From contig JAHPZA010000005.1 of NCBI GenBank assembly GCA_019058445.1, forward strand, positions 52,276-116,275: a DNA stretch of 64,000 nt, read 5' to 3'. The position numbers and the translations under genes are program-made. Positions 1-9,515 of this stretch are shown in pieces. Origin of the DNA: Promethearchaeota archaeon. Its GTDB lineage: Archaea; Asgardarchaeota; Lokiarchaeia; Sigyniarchaeales; SOKP01. The stretch's first letter is position 1, and each line of letters starts with the position of its first letter. Under the pieces are notes generated by a model that saw nothing but the letters and a program-made list of their open reading frames with translations, was not told the origin of the DNA and searched no databases.

Positions 1-1165
1 ACCCACCAGTTTCATCGATCATTTCTGGACGATTCATATATTTCAAATTAATGGTCTTTGGTTTTCGAATCTCCAATGTGCCCAATTGCATAAATTCACT
101 TGCCCGAATTCTTACGTTATTTACCCATCTTTCATGATAGTAAGATAAATATACCAGCGTTACTAAAAAGGGTGCTGCGGCACACATACCGATTATAAGA
201 ACAAACCACAAAAGAGTTGTGGTATACAATTGAATCGCCAGTTCTGGTCTCGACATTAATTTTGAATAACTCATCTGTTCACCTCCGGTTAACAGAGCAG
301 TTGCCAACTCTTGAGCTAAATTAAATACCAAAACAATCCCAAAGAATCCCAGGATTTTACTGATTGGTCCAGTTCTTAAATAATAGCCCAGACGGACAGA
401 GTCCTGATTTTCATTGACTCGGTATGCTTGAGTATCTTCCGCTATCCATAATACAGGCATAATAAACGTCAGAATCAGTAAAGTAAATGGACCCATATAT
501 ATCGTTATATCAATCATCAATTCTTCGATATTCCAATACCATTCATATTTGGTAATATAAGGGTCATAAATTGCTGACCAAAGAAATGGTGCTGTAATTT
601 GAGCGATTATAACACTCATACCTATAGAAATAAATAATACTTCCATAACCCTCTTGATAAAAATCTTTAAATGAACAAAATCACTTCCTAGATCTAAATC
701 TACGGGATAAGCTTCAAGATAATAAATATCTTTGGTTCTCATCGGATATCCAAGAAAAATTTCAGTGAATTTTGGTCTCTTTTTCTCTACTGTTTTTCTT
801 AAATATTTCACAATGCTGTTTGAGGCAATTCGCGAACCAATCTGACCCCACGCTAATATGGGAACTATCGTAATCACAAGAAAAACGAGAGGTACAAAAT
901 AATATGGAAAAATGGGATATGTTTCAAGATCATAATACTCAGGATAAAAAGCCAGCATGTAGAATCCAGTGAAATAAAAGAATTGAATAGAGAATAGTAT
1001 CGCAAAAATTATAAAAAGAATGATGCGTCTCTTTTTCGGTACAATTACATCGAATTTGTCATCGGCACTTTCTATATTCAAATGCATGGGTTTTCTTTTA
1101 TAAAGATAAGCCTCTTTCTCTGAGCTATTTTCTTTTTCTATATAGTCTTTATTATTGTTTGACAT
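1..1165 (-). CDS. Multi-pass membrane protein of unknown function, 3'-truncated by the window edge (not in the ORF track)
   Basis: Hand translation from ATG at 1165 (MSNNNKDYIEKENSSEKEAY...RRIILFIIFAILFSIQFFYF...) stays open to base 1 and has several hydrophobic segments. Confidence 0.8.
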   Translation of the reverse strand, partial: MSNNNKDYIEKENSSEKEAYLYKRKPMHLNIESADDKFDVIVPKKRRIILFIIFAILFSIQFFYFTGFYMLAFYPEYYDLETYPIFPYYFVPLVFLVITIVPILAWGQIGSRIASNSIVKYLRKTVEKKRPKFTEIFLGYPMRTKDIYYLEAYPVDLDLGSDFVHLKIFIKRVMEVLFISIGMSVIIAQITAPFLWSAIYDPYITKYEWYWNIEELMIDITIYMGPFTLLILTFIMPVLWIAEDTQAYRVNENQDSVRLGYYLRTGPISKILGFFGIVLVFNLAQELATALLTGGEQMSYSKLMSRPELAIQLYTTTLLWFVLIIGMCAAAPFLVTLVYLSYYHERWVNNVRIRASEFMQLGTLEIRKPKTINLKYMNRPEMIDETGG

Positions 1166-1526
1166 AGGTATCAATTAAGATAATTGTCTTTAAAAATTTT
1201 TTAGATTCAAAAACCACATTATTAATGAAAATGAAAACAGATAAGCATTCATTCTTACTTCAGAAAATCAATACAAGAAAGTATATCTCATAAACATGGG
1301 TTGTCTAGTTCATATTAATGTAAATATTTTTAATGCAGTAATGGTTAGAAATAATTTATTTTATCCAATTAGTGTTAATTAAGATTTAATTAATAAATAA
1401 CTCCAATTGCCTCAATTTAAGGGAAAGTAAATATATTCATAATTGAAATATTAAAAGACGCTCTTGAATAAAAACATAAATTGGTAAGATTTTATTAAAA
1501 TCAAAAGCTTTTCAATCTCTAGTTTT

Positions 1527-3200
1527 TCATAATAAGGTCATCCAGTCAGGATTTATTTGATTCAAAGCTTTTTCAATTTCTTGACGCACGTCCCAATTGT
1601 CATCTCCGAGTGCATTTATAAGGGGATTTAAAGCTTTTGTATCTCTTATTTCTCCTAGAGCCCTAACAGCGGCAATTCGAATTTTAGGATCGCTATCGTT
1701 TAACAGGGAGGTTAGTGGAGTAAGATCTCTGAGATTTTCGAGTTTTCCAAGGGAATTTGTAGCCCTAGATTTAATATATACATCGTCATCATTAATACAA
1801 GAGATTAAGGGTTCCAATGATTCATCAGTTCCAATTTTCGTTAGTAAATTCACTGCCTCTCGCCTTACTTTCCAATCTGAGCTAGTTAAATAGCTTTTCG
1901 CACGCTCTATAATTAATTGTCTATTTTTTGGTTGTTCAAATTTAGAAAGAGCATTAATTGCTCCCTTCCTTACACTTGATTTTTCATCACTTATAAGGGC
2001 AAAAAGAGGTTCAATATAATTCTCATCTCTAATTGCTCCTATTATTTTGGCACAAAATTTACGAATTTGCCATTCTTTCGTATTTAATCCTTCAAGTACT
2101 AATTTATCCACTTTATTATCTGAAACTTTTATAATCGCATTATAGGCTAAATTTCTAATTCTTGAATCTTTACTATTAAGCAAGCGTATTAAAATCTGCA
2201 TCGCATCTGGATCATCTCCCGCACTTGACAGTAATTTTACCGCTTCCCTTCTCGCAACTAAATTTCTTTTTTGTAATACTTCATAAACTTGCTCGAATGA
2301 TTGTGAATGGACTAATATCTTATCAAGTGCTTTAACTGTCTTTGTTCGAATCGCTTCATCTTTATCTTTTAATAATTCCATGAGAGATTGTATACTTCTT
2401 TTGCTTCCTATATTGCCCAAAACACTTATTGCTGTCTTTCTGACGTCTTGATCTTCATCATTGAGCCTTTTTATAATATGGGATACTCTATTAGAAGGAA
2501 TAATTTTTTCCAATGCCTTAATTGAATTTTTTCTCACAATTGGATTTTTATCATTTAATAATTCGATAAGAGGATTAACTGCTTCTTTATCCCCAATTTT
2601 CCCTAGTATAACAGGTATGGCCTTTTTTATATTTAAATTATCGGAAGAAAGGAAGGGGATTATCTTCTGTATATCTGCCTTTTTTCCTGTCTTTATGATT
2701 ACCTTAATTAAGATATCTTGAAGTTCTTCATTACGATATTGCAGAACCTCAATCAACGCTTCTAAAGCATCTACTACACCTTCAAGTGAAATTACGGCTG
2801 ACTTTTTAACTTCAATATTCGAATCTCCTAAAGCGTATGTTAAAAATTCAATTGATCCTAATTTATCTGTTGTCCCAAGAGCTTCAATAAGTTTTTTCCT
2901 TACGTTCCAATCTTTTTCATTCATGTATTGAGTTTTTAAAAAATCAGTCCCTTCTTTTTGGTAACCTTCGGATAATAGCTTGATAAGCATAATTTTAGCA
3001 TCTGAATGAGACTCATTCAAATAGATACTTTTAATTTCTTGAAAATGAGAATTATCTTGAACGTGGATTAATTTTTCTATTGCTTTAGTTCTCCTCCCCG
3101 GTTCATTTGCGGTTACTATTATTGACAAAAGAACTTCAGATGCTTTTTCAGCATCCATATCCTTTACCTTGTCAATAATTAAATCGTCATTAAAACTCAA
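1527..3200 (-). CDS. HEAT-repeat (PBS lyase-like) solenoid protein
   Basis: Many ~31-aa repeats of the type L.D....VR..A...LG.IG....L.PL along 557 aa; TTG start. Confidence 0.9.
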   Translation of the reverse strand: MSFNDDLIIDKVKDMDAEKASEVLLSIIVTANEPGRRTKAIEKLIHVQDNSHFQEIKSIYLNESHSDAKIMLIKLLSEGYQKEGTDFLKTQYMNEKDWNVRKKLIEALGTTDKLGSIEFLTYALGDSNIEVKKSAVISLEGVVDALEALIEVLQYRNEELQDILIKVIIKTGKKADIQKIIPFLSSDNLNIKKAIPVILGKIGDKEAVNPLIELLNDKNPIVRKNSIKALEKIIPSNRVSHIIKRLNDEDQDVRKTAISVLGNIGSKRSIQSLMELLKDKDEAIRTKTVKALDKILVHSQSFEQVYEVLQKRNLVARREAVKLLSSAGDDPDAMQILIRLLNSKDSRIRNLAYNAIIKVSDNKVDKLVLEGLNTKEWQIRKFCAKIIGAIRDENYIEPLFALISDEKSSVRKGAINALSKFEQPKNRQLIIERAKSYLTSSDWKVRREAVNLLTKIGTDESLEPLISCINDDDVYIKSRATNSLGKLENLRDLTPLTSLLNDSDPKIRIAAVRALGEIRDTKALNPLINALGDDNWDVRQEIEKALNQINPDWMTLL

Positions 3201-3325
3201 TAGTAAAACCTATAAATGAAAATATTTAGTTAAACTCAATATATACTCAAGATATTTATGTATTTAGAAAAACATAATAAATTCTAAACTGCAAAAATTT
3301 TTGAAAAAACTGGGGTCGAATTGGT

Positions 3326-3955
3326 ATGCTGGGACTTTTTATCATAATTTTCATGATTCTTGTTTTAGATCATATTTTAATAATAATTTTAAGGCGTAAA
3401 GAATCTAAAAATAAAATTTTAATATATTTTTGCTCGATTTTGTACGCCAGCGCACTTTTTTTTATCCCCTTTTACGATCCTCTACAATTATCAGGATTTT
3501 GGGCTTCTGTAATCTTACAAAATTCAGAACCTACACTTCCTAGTTTCATTATCGGATTAATTGTAATAAACTGTGGGATATATGGGATACATATATTTTT
3601 AATTAGTGCGAATTTAATATGGGCAGAAAAGTATAGGGGAAGGTTAATTTCTACAAGTCAATTCTCAAAAAGACGTTTTCCTATCTATGTGTCATATCAT
3701 CTTATTGGTTTATCTTATCTTATTTTAATGGGATCCATTATTGGAGTAATATTTTTGAGTCTGATGATAATATTCTTGTATTTTGACACCATCAAGATTG
3801 AAAAAACAGTTTTAATTCCCCGATTCAAAGAAGAATATTACAAATATCAAAAACAAGTTCCTAAAAGGATGTATTCCTCCGAACTCCTGTTTATATTGAT
3901 ATTAGAATATATATTATTCGTGATTGGAATTGTTTTTTCTTTTATCTCAATATAA
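3326..3955 (+). CDS. ICMT/PEMT-like integral membrane methyltransferase family protein (divergent)
   Basis: About 5 TM segments; GRLISTSQFSKRRFPIY resembles L.T.GPY..VRHP.Y; EK..L..RF.EEY..Y.KQVP resembles the C-terminal family motif. Confidence 0.55.
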   Translation: MLGLFIIIFMILVLDHILIIILRRKESKNKILIYFCSILYASALFFIPFYDPLQLSGFWASVILQNSEPTLPSFIIGLIVINCGIYGIHIFLISANLIWAEKYRGRLISTSQFSKRRFPIYVSYHLIGLSYLILMGSIIGVIFLSLMIIFLYFDTIKIEKTVLIPRFKEEYYKYQKQVPKRMYSSELLFILILEYILFVIGIVFSFISI

Positions 3956-4010
3956 ATTTCTGTAATTATTATAATCTTAATATTTTCAATTATCTTATTA
4001 GTAATTTAAG

Positions 4011-4715
4011 ATGGGATTTGAAAGATATGAATCAAGGTTTCAAGCAGGAGAAATTTTAGCAGGGGAAATTAAACGCAAAAATGAAGATCTTTATGATTTT
4101 ATAATAAAAAATCCGAATCAGTTTTTTTGCTTTGCGATTCCCAATGGAGGTGTGCCTGTGGTAGAAGGGCTCTGTTCTCAGTTTAATACGGGGTATGATA
4201 TGCTGATTGTGCGAAAAATCAAAATACCCTTTAATACTGAAGCAGGATTTGGTTCAGTTACTACTGATGGAACCGTCTTAATCAATGAGGGATTGCTAAG
4301 CCATTTAAATTTGTCAGAAATGGAAGTGTCCGATTCCATAGAATTGACTAAATCAGAAATTAGGGACCGATTAAAATTTTATGAGAAGGAGGCTAACTTA
4401 GAGCAACATTATAAACAACACATTGAAGGTAAATGTATTTTTATGGTTGATGATGGATTAGCTTCTGGTTTTACCATGCTCGCAGCTATAAAGATGGTAA
4501 AAAAATATAGTCCTAAAAAGATTTTTATAGCCGTTCCAACAAGCCCTTTAAGCTCTGTTCAAAGAGTCTCACCTTATATTGATGAATTATTCTGCCCCAA
4601 TGTGAGGAATGTATGGAGATTTGCAGTAGCAGATGCATACAAACACTGGTATGATGTACCTGAATCTGAAGTATTAGAAATTATAAATACTTCGAAATAT
4701 TACTTAAAAAAATAG
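4011..4715 (+). CDS. Predicted type I phosphoribosyltransferase (COG1926-like)
   Basis: AIPNGGVPV, VRKI..P.N.E.GFG, PRPP-binding loop MVDDGLASGFTM. Confidence 0.9.
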   Translation: MGFERYESRFQAGEILAGEIKRKNEDLYDFIIKNPNQFFCFAIPNGGVPVVEGLCSQFNTGYDMLIVRKIKIPFNTEAGFGSVTTDGTVLINEGLLSHLNLSEMEVSDSIELTKSEIRDRLKFYEKEANLEQHYKQHIEGKCIFMVDDGLASGFTMLAAIKMVKKYSPKKIFIAVPTSPLSSVQRVSPYIDELFCPNVRNVWRFAVADAYKHWYDVPESEVLEIINTSKYYLKK

Positions 4716-4741
4716 AGTTAAGAAAATTTGTATAAACTAAG

Positions 4742-5911
4742 ATGAATAGAAGAGAACGGGTACAAAGAGCCTTCCATTTTAATCGCCCTGATAGAGTGCC
4801 TTTCCTTGGACTAACCGTACAATCTGATTTCTATCCTATAGAGCCAGTTTTGCCAATTGCATTTCAACCAGAAAAGTATCCTCCACATCCTAATGGCGGG
4901 GATACTACAATTAAGAATGCTGCATATCGAAGAGATGTTTATGATTGGAAACCAGAAATTAGAGAAAAATTAGGCTATTCTGAAAATTGGTGGGAAACTC
5001 CTCATGATAGTATTGATGAATTTGGTGTAATATGGCGGTCATCTGGAACTGAAAGTGGTGACAAAACAAAAGGGCATCCCTATAAAGGGCCCTTTCAAGA
5101 TGAGGGTACAGGTGAAGGATGGGATAATCTTGATAATTATGTATTTCCAGATGCAATGGATCCCAAACGTTATTCAAGGATACAGTCTGGAAGGTGGAAA
5201 GAAATCGCAGAAGATCGATACCTTTTAGGTGTTGTTAATATTAATGGAATGTTTAATAAGTGCAGTCAATTGCGAGGTTTTAGCGAACTTTTAATAGATT
5301 TGGTGCGAAATCGATATCCGAAAAGATTGGATTTTTTAATTAGTTCCGTTCTCTCATTTACTTTAACTACTATCGAGAAAATGAAAGAATCTTGTAAACC
5401 TTTAGATTCTATATTTATTGCAGATGATTTCGGAACTCAAAAATCAGCATTTGTAAGCCCAAGAATATTTAAAAAATTCTTTAAGGAACCATACAGAAAA
5501 ATAGTCAGTTTAACTCATGATTTGGGTATGGACTTTCTCCTTCATTCCTGCGGTGACGTTCTAGGCCTTATCCCAGAATTTATAGATATAGGTATTGATG
5601 CTTTACAATTTGACAGCCCTCACATGACTGGAGTTGAAAATTTTAAAAAATTTGCCCAAGAAAGAAAAATGGCATTTTGGCTGAGCTCAAACATACAAAG
5701 CACATTTATTAATGGAACGCCTCAGGATGTTGAAGAGGAAGTGAAATATTACATCAAGGATGTAGGGAATAATGAAGGAGGATTAGGAATCTGTGAATAC
5801 ACTGATTTTGAAGCAATAGAAGCCCCTAAAAAAAATGTCAGAGCCCAGAGAAAAGCCGTACAAAAATGGGGAAACTATAACGAAAATGGTATTATTGAGT
5901 GGTTAGTCTAA
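4742..5911 (+). CDS. Uroporphyrinogen decarboxylase/MtaA-family (corrinoid methyltransferase-like) protein
   Basis: MN.RERV..A......DRVP N-terminus, DEFGV.W, ADDFGTQ, SP..FKKFF, LHSCG. Confidence 0.85.
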   Translation: MNRRERVQRAFHFNRPDRVPFLGLTVQSDFYPIEPVLPIAFQPEKYPPHPNGGDTTIKNAAYRRDVYDWKPEIREKLGYSENWWETPHDSIDEFGVIWRSSGTESGDKTKGHPYKGPFQDEGTGEGWDNLDNYVFPDAMDPKRYSRIQSGRWKEIAEDRYLLGVVNINGMFNKCSQLRGFSELLIDLVRNRYPKRLDFLISSVLSFTLTTIEKMKESCKPLDSIFIADDFGTQKSAFVSPRIFKKFFKEPYRKIVSLTHDLGMDFLLHSCGDVLGLIPEFIDIGIDALQFDSPHMTGVENFKKFAQERKMAFWLSSNIQSTFINGTPQDVEEEVKYYIKDVGNNEGGLGICEYTDFEAIEAPKKNVRAQRKAVQKWGNYNENGIIEWLV

Positions 5912-6011
5912 CCTTATTTTAAAAATGGCTTAATTACAATATTTAAGATAGCATATAATTCATTGAAAATTATAAAATCAAAAAAAAGAAAAGTAAAAAA
6001 ATAGATAATGT

Positions 6012-6278
6012 TTAGGAGCTTACCAATCGAAATAATAAGGCGCCATGAGGAATGTAGAATTCGTCTTTTCTCTTTATCACGACGGTATGAAAATACTCCG
6101 CCAGTCCGAGAAACCCTCTTATCACACTCTCGTCTTCTTCAAATTTAAATGTTATATTTGATATTGCCGATCCTGTATTAAAGGCGACCTTCTCATAAAC
6201 ACGCTCATCGATTAAGGGAATTTTTAATTCATTGACGATTTCATAAACTCGCTTAATAAATAATTCTTTTTTAGCCAT
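6012..6278 (-). CDS. Small hypothetical protein (88 aa)
   Basis: Clean ATG ORF with GTGATG upstream in otherwise non-coding space; no recognisable motif. Confidence 0.7.
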   Translation of the reverse strand: MAKKELFIKRVYEIVNELKIPLIDERVYEKVAFNTGSAISNITFKFEEDESVIRGFLGLAEYFHTVVIKRKDEFYIPHGALLFRLVSS

Positions 6279-6553
6279 TCACATCACGATCATGTTGATT
6301 GATTTATTCAGAAATTAACAATATTTGGTTATTCTTATTTCAGAAAATTTTGTTAATTGTATTTTTTGAAAATATCAATTTCTGATATTGTTAATAATAG
6401 TATAATAAAATACTTATATTTATACTTTAATTATTCGAAGTCTTGACTTTCTGTTTAAATTTGGATAATAAAATCAAAAAAAAAATTTAAAAATAAAAAC
6501 TATTGAAGTAGAAAAAACCTTTAGGATTCTTCTTAAAATTAATATTTATAGGA

Positions 6554-7720
6554 TTAATTAATAGAAATGGGGTACTTTCCATGTTTTAAAATCACTTTAA
6601 AGATTGTTGGGATCGAAGCTAACATGTGCATAAAGGAGGGAAAACCTTCTGATATACCCATAAGAAAGTTATCTCCAGGAGCGGCATCCTTCAACATTTC
6701 CAATGTCTTTTTCTTTACTGCCTTTTGACCTTGAAGGCATACAGGTTCAGGGAAGTTAGCCCAAATTACTTTATCTTTCCATGACTCTTTAGCTTCATTA
6801 ATGGGAAGATTTCCTACAGGAGGTGCCGTGAAACTCTCAATGGCATCAATTCTTGTTTTCGCAATAAGCTCCTTTAAAGCTTTTAACTCGCCATCCATAT
6901 GTACAACATATAGTTTATCATGTTTATGGAAGATATCTGCTACTTCATTATAGAAAGGCAGACTATATTTCTCGAAAAATTTTGGACTAGTAACTAGAGA
7001 AGTAACGTTATCAGGACCCCAAATTACTTCACAAGGGGATTCTGCTGCAATTTTATAAACCTCCAGTTCTTTTTTATAAATAATTTTGTAAAGCTCATCA
7101 AATTCCTTTTGATGCATATAATAATCTAAAGCCAATCTTTTCGGTCCCATAAGCATAATTAATGATTGAAGAGGAGATTTTGGAACAAAGGAGGGGACAA
7201 TCCCAAAATCACCGATAAACATTTGAAATTCCTCAATTTCATCATAAAAAGGGCTATATTCAGTATCCTCTATAATATATTTTAATACTTCATAATCCTC
7301 AAGAGTTTTGAGGAAATATCCATCTTCTGGAAACCAAGGAAGGTTCGCAGAAAGGTCAAGACTTTCCATTTTTGCTTTTACTGAAAGTTTCCCTCTTGGA
7401 GTACTTAAACTTCCGGTTATATCGTGAGGGGTATTAAATGCTATCATAATATCTACCGGTGACCAAGAAGTTTTATTCCCATAATGATGGTTAATATCCA
7501 TCTTAGTATTTGGACAAGAAACTTTATGTGTCTGAACTGCCAAAGCAGCATGTAATCCAAGCCCTTTGTCTAATAGTTTTCTCCATGGTTGATAAAGAGC
7601 TAATCCAGCTAAATATTTTGTTTCCACATAGATAGTAAATGGTATCATATCGGGAGGTTCTCGTCGAAGAACTGCCATTATTCTTTCTTTTGCATTCAAC
7701 TTTTTACCCACCTCATACAA
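6554..7720 (-). CDS. URO-D/MtaA-family methyltransferase-like protein
   Basis: KERIMAVLRREPPD..P N-terminus, SPKFFEKY.LPFY, VHMDG, C-terminal TIM-barrel pattern; overlaps the corrinoid gene. Confidence 0.8.
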   Translation of the reverse strand: MYEVGKKLNAKERIMAVLRREPPDMIPFTIYVETKYLAGLALYQPWRKLLDKGLGLHAALAVQTHKVSCPNTKMDINHHYGNKTSWSPVDIMIAFNTPHDITGSLSTPRGKLSVKAKMESLDLSANLPWFPEDGYFLKTLEDYEVLKYIIEDTEYSPFYDEIEEFQMFIGDFGIVPSFVPKSPLQSLIMLMGPKRLALDYYMHQKEFDELYKIIYKKELEVYKIAAESPCEVIWGPDNVTSLVTSPKFFEKYSLPFYNEVADIFHKHDKLYVVHMDGELKALKELIAKTRIDAIESFTAPPVGNLPINEAKESWKDKVIWANFPEPVCLQGQKAVKKKTLEMLKDAAPGDNFLMGISEGFPSFMHMLASIPTIFKVILKHGKYPISIN

Positions 7721-8343
7721 ATATTAACACCATCCATCGCATTTTTCGCATAAGCATCTGCTCCGATATCCTTTATAAACTCTTCAGTGACAGGAGCGCC
7801 ACCAACAATAACTTTTACTTCTTTTCTTAGATTTGCCTCTACTAAAGCTTTCATTAAATTACCAACTTCAGGTAAAGTCATAGAGACTAAAGCGGATATG
7901 GCAACTATATCTGGATTTTCAGCGCGTATAGCTTCAATAAACCTTTCTGAAGACACATCAACACCTAAATCAATGACCTCAAAACCTTCTGCTTCTAAAA
8001 AAGTTATAACCACATTCTTTCCTATATCGTGTAGATCTCCTTTCCCTGTTCCGATTATAACTTTGGCAAGAGCATTTTTATCACCTTTTTCTTTAATTTG
8101 AGGTTCAAGTATTTTCATTGTCTCTTTTATAATTTCACCAGCCATGATAAGTTCAGGAATGAAGAATTCTTCAGCTTCAAATTTATCACTGATAATATTT
8201 GCTGCTTTTGCGATTCCTTCTTGAATTATCTTATATGGATGCATTCCTTTAGCAATCGCATCTTCACATACTTTCTTGGCCATTTCAATATCCATCTCGA
8301 TTACCGCTTTTATATACTGACTTATACTATTTTCTTCTGTCAT
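7696..8343 (-). CDS. Corrinoid (B12-binding) protein, MtaC/MtbC family
   Basis: EFFIPELIMAGE cap domain, GDLHDIGKN (DxHxxG), DLGVDV, GGAPV, ADAY..NA..G. Confidence 0.95.
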   Translation of the reverse strand: MTEENSISQYIKAVIEMDIEMAKKVCEDAIAKGMHPYKIIQEGIAKAANIISDKFEAEEFFIPELIMAGEIIKETMKILEPQIKEKGDKNALAKVIIGTGKGDLHDIGKNVVITFLEAEGFEVIDLGVDVSSERFIEAIRAENPDIVAISALVSMTLPEVGNLMKALVEANLRKEVKVIVGGAPVTEEFIKDIGADAYAKNAMDGVNICMRWVKS

Positions 8344-8458
8344 TTTAATACATTTCTTAATTTCAATTAAAATTGATTTATTTTTATTTGATATTAGTTT
8401 CTCATGCTAAAATTAAAATTTTAGATTAAATAAAAAATATAAATTTTTATATACATAC

Positions 8459-8512
8459 ACTATAATTTTAATATAGTCAGAAAATACTATAATTTTAATA
8501 TAGTCAGAAAAT
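8459..8512. repeat. Perfect 27-bp tandem duplication in the divergent promoter region
   Basis: ACTATAATTTTAATATAGTCAGAAAAT occurs twice head-to-tail (8459-8485, 8486-8512). Confidence 0.95.
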
Positions 8513-8574
8513 ATACTAGTAAATAAATTTAGGATTAATCTATTTTTAAAAATATTAGAGGAATTGATTAAATA

Positions 8575-9348
8575 GTGGTTTCAAAGGAACAGAAGAAGTT
8601 AAATCGTGTGATGAATTTTCTAAAAAAAGGTTTATCCGGTTTAGCAGATGAGTTAGAAGGTACAATTAAAGGAATAAATGAATTCTTAGACTCCCTTCAA
8701 AAAGCTCAAAAAGATTTAAAGGGAGTCGAATCTGAAGAAGAAGTTGTTACTGTAAGCACTTCCTCTACGAAAATTGCTACTCCCAGTCCTGAGACTGCAA
8801 AAACTGCAGCTGCAAGTACGTTATTTAGTTTATTGAGCGGAACTGGAGGTGAAGCAGCTCCAGGCTCCGCACCAGTAGCAGCTGCTGCTTCAGGTGGACT
8901 TCCTAAAACGCCTTCAGGCGGTGGACCTCCTAAAGCACCTTCAGGCGGTGGGCCTCCAAAGGCACCTCCAGGCGGTGGGCCTCCAAAGGCACCTTCAGGC
9001 GGTGGGCCTCCAAAGGCACCATCAGGCGGTGGGCCTCCAAAGGCACCATCAGGCGGTGGACCTCCAAAGGCACCATCAGGCGGTGGGCCTCCAAAGGCAC
9101 CATCAAGTGGGTTACCTCCGGCTCCAAAACTTCCTCCTGCCCCTGGAACAGGCGCCCCTCCTACAGCACCAGGTGGCGTGAAACCGCCAGCTTTTGCAAA
9201 AAGAGCAGGACCTCCTGGAGCTCCAGGAGCACCCCCCGGTGGAGCAGCCCCAGCAGTAGCAGCTCAACCTGGCGGAGGTTTGAGTTCACTTAGAGATGAA
9301 ATGTTGGATGAATTAAATCGTCTAAAGAAAATTATGCGTGGAGAATAA
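8575..9348 (+). CDS. Proline-rich protein: N-terminal coiled coil, SGGGPPKAP repeats, C-terminal WH2/VASP-like helix (candidate actin regulator)
   Basis: GTG start after GAGGA; heptad-like N-terminus; Pro/Gly tract; C-terminus GGGLSSLRDEMLDELNRLKKIMRGE; immediately upstream of an actin-family gene. Confidence 0.8.
   Translation: MVSKEQKKLNRVMNFLKKGLSGLADELEGTIKGINEFLDSLQKAQKDLKGVESEEEVVTVSTSSTKIATPSPETAKTAAASTLFSLLSGTGGEAAPGSAPVAAAASGGLPKTPSGGGPPKAPSGGGPPKAPPGGGPPKAPSGGGPPKAPSGGGPPKAPSGGGPPKAPSGGGPPKAPSSGLPPAPKLPPAPGTGAPPTAPGGVKPPAFAKRAGPPGAPGAPPGGAAPAVAAQPGGGLSSLRDEMLDELNRLKKIMRGE
8914..9102 (+). repeat. Coding minisatellite, 7 x 27 bp, encoding (S/P)GGGPPKAP
   Basis: Units of the form TCAGGCGGTGG(A/G)CCTCC(T/A)AA(A/G)GCACC(T/A), directly abutting with no spacers. 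Confidence 0.95.
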
Positions 9349-9515
9349 GAGTTTTAACAAAACATTACTTTCTTTTCCTATATCTGTTCAATTTTATTGT
9401 TACAATATATAAAGTATTTTAAATTCAATTTCTTTGTATAAAATTAAATAGAAAAATATGAATTATATAATCAAAGTACATTTTTATTTTAAATAGATTT
9501 AAGTGATTAAATTTT

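Noticed and set aside
3326-3955. Link between the ICMT-like protein and prenylation of the GTPases
   Set aside because: Neither GTPase ends in a CAAX/CC motif, and the ICMT-like motifs are degenerate
8914-9102. 27-bp repeat array as a CRISPR array
   Set aside because: Units abut with no unique spacers, lie in frame within a CDS, and there are no cas genes
8894-9181. Alternative-frame ORFs 8894-9181 (+) and 8930-9127 (-)
   Set aside because: By-products of the stop-free GC-rich repeat; the Pro-rich frame extends beyond the repeat on both sides
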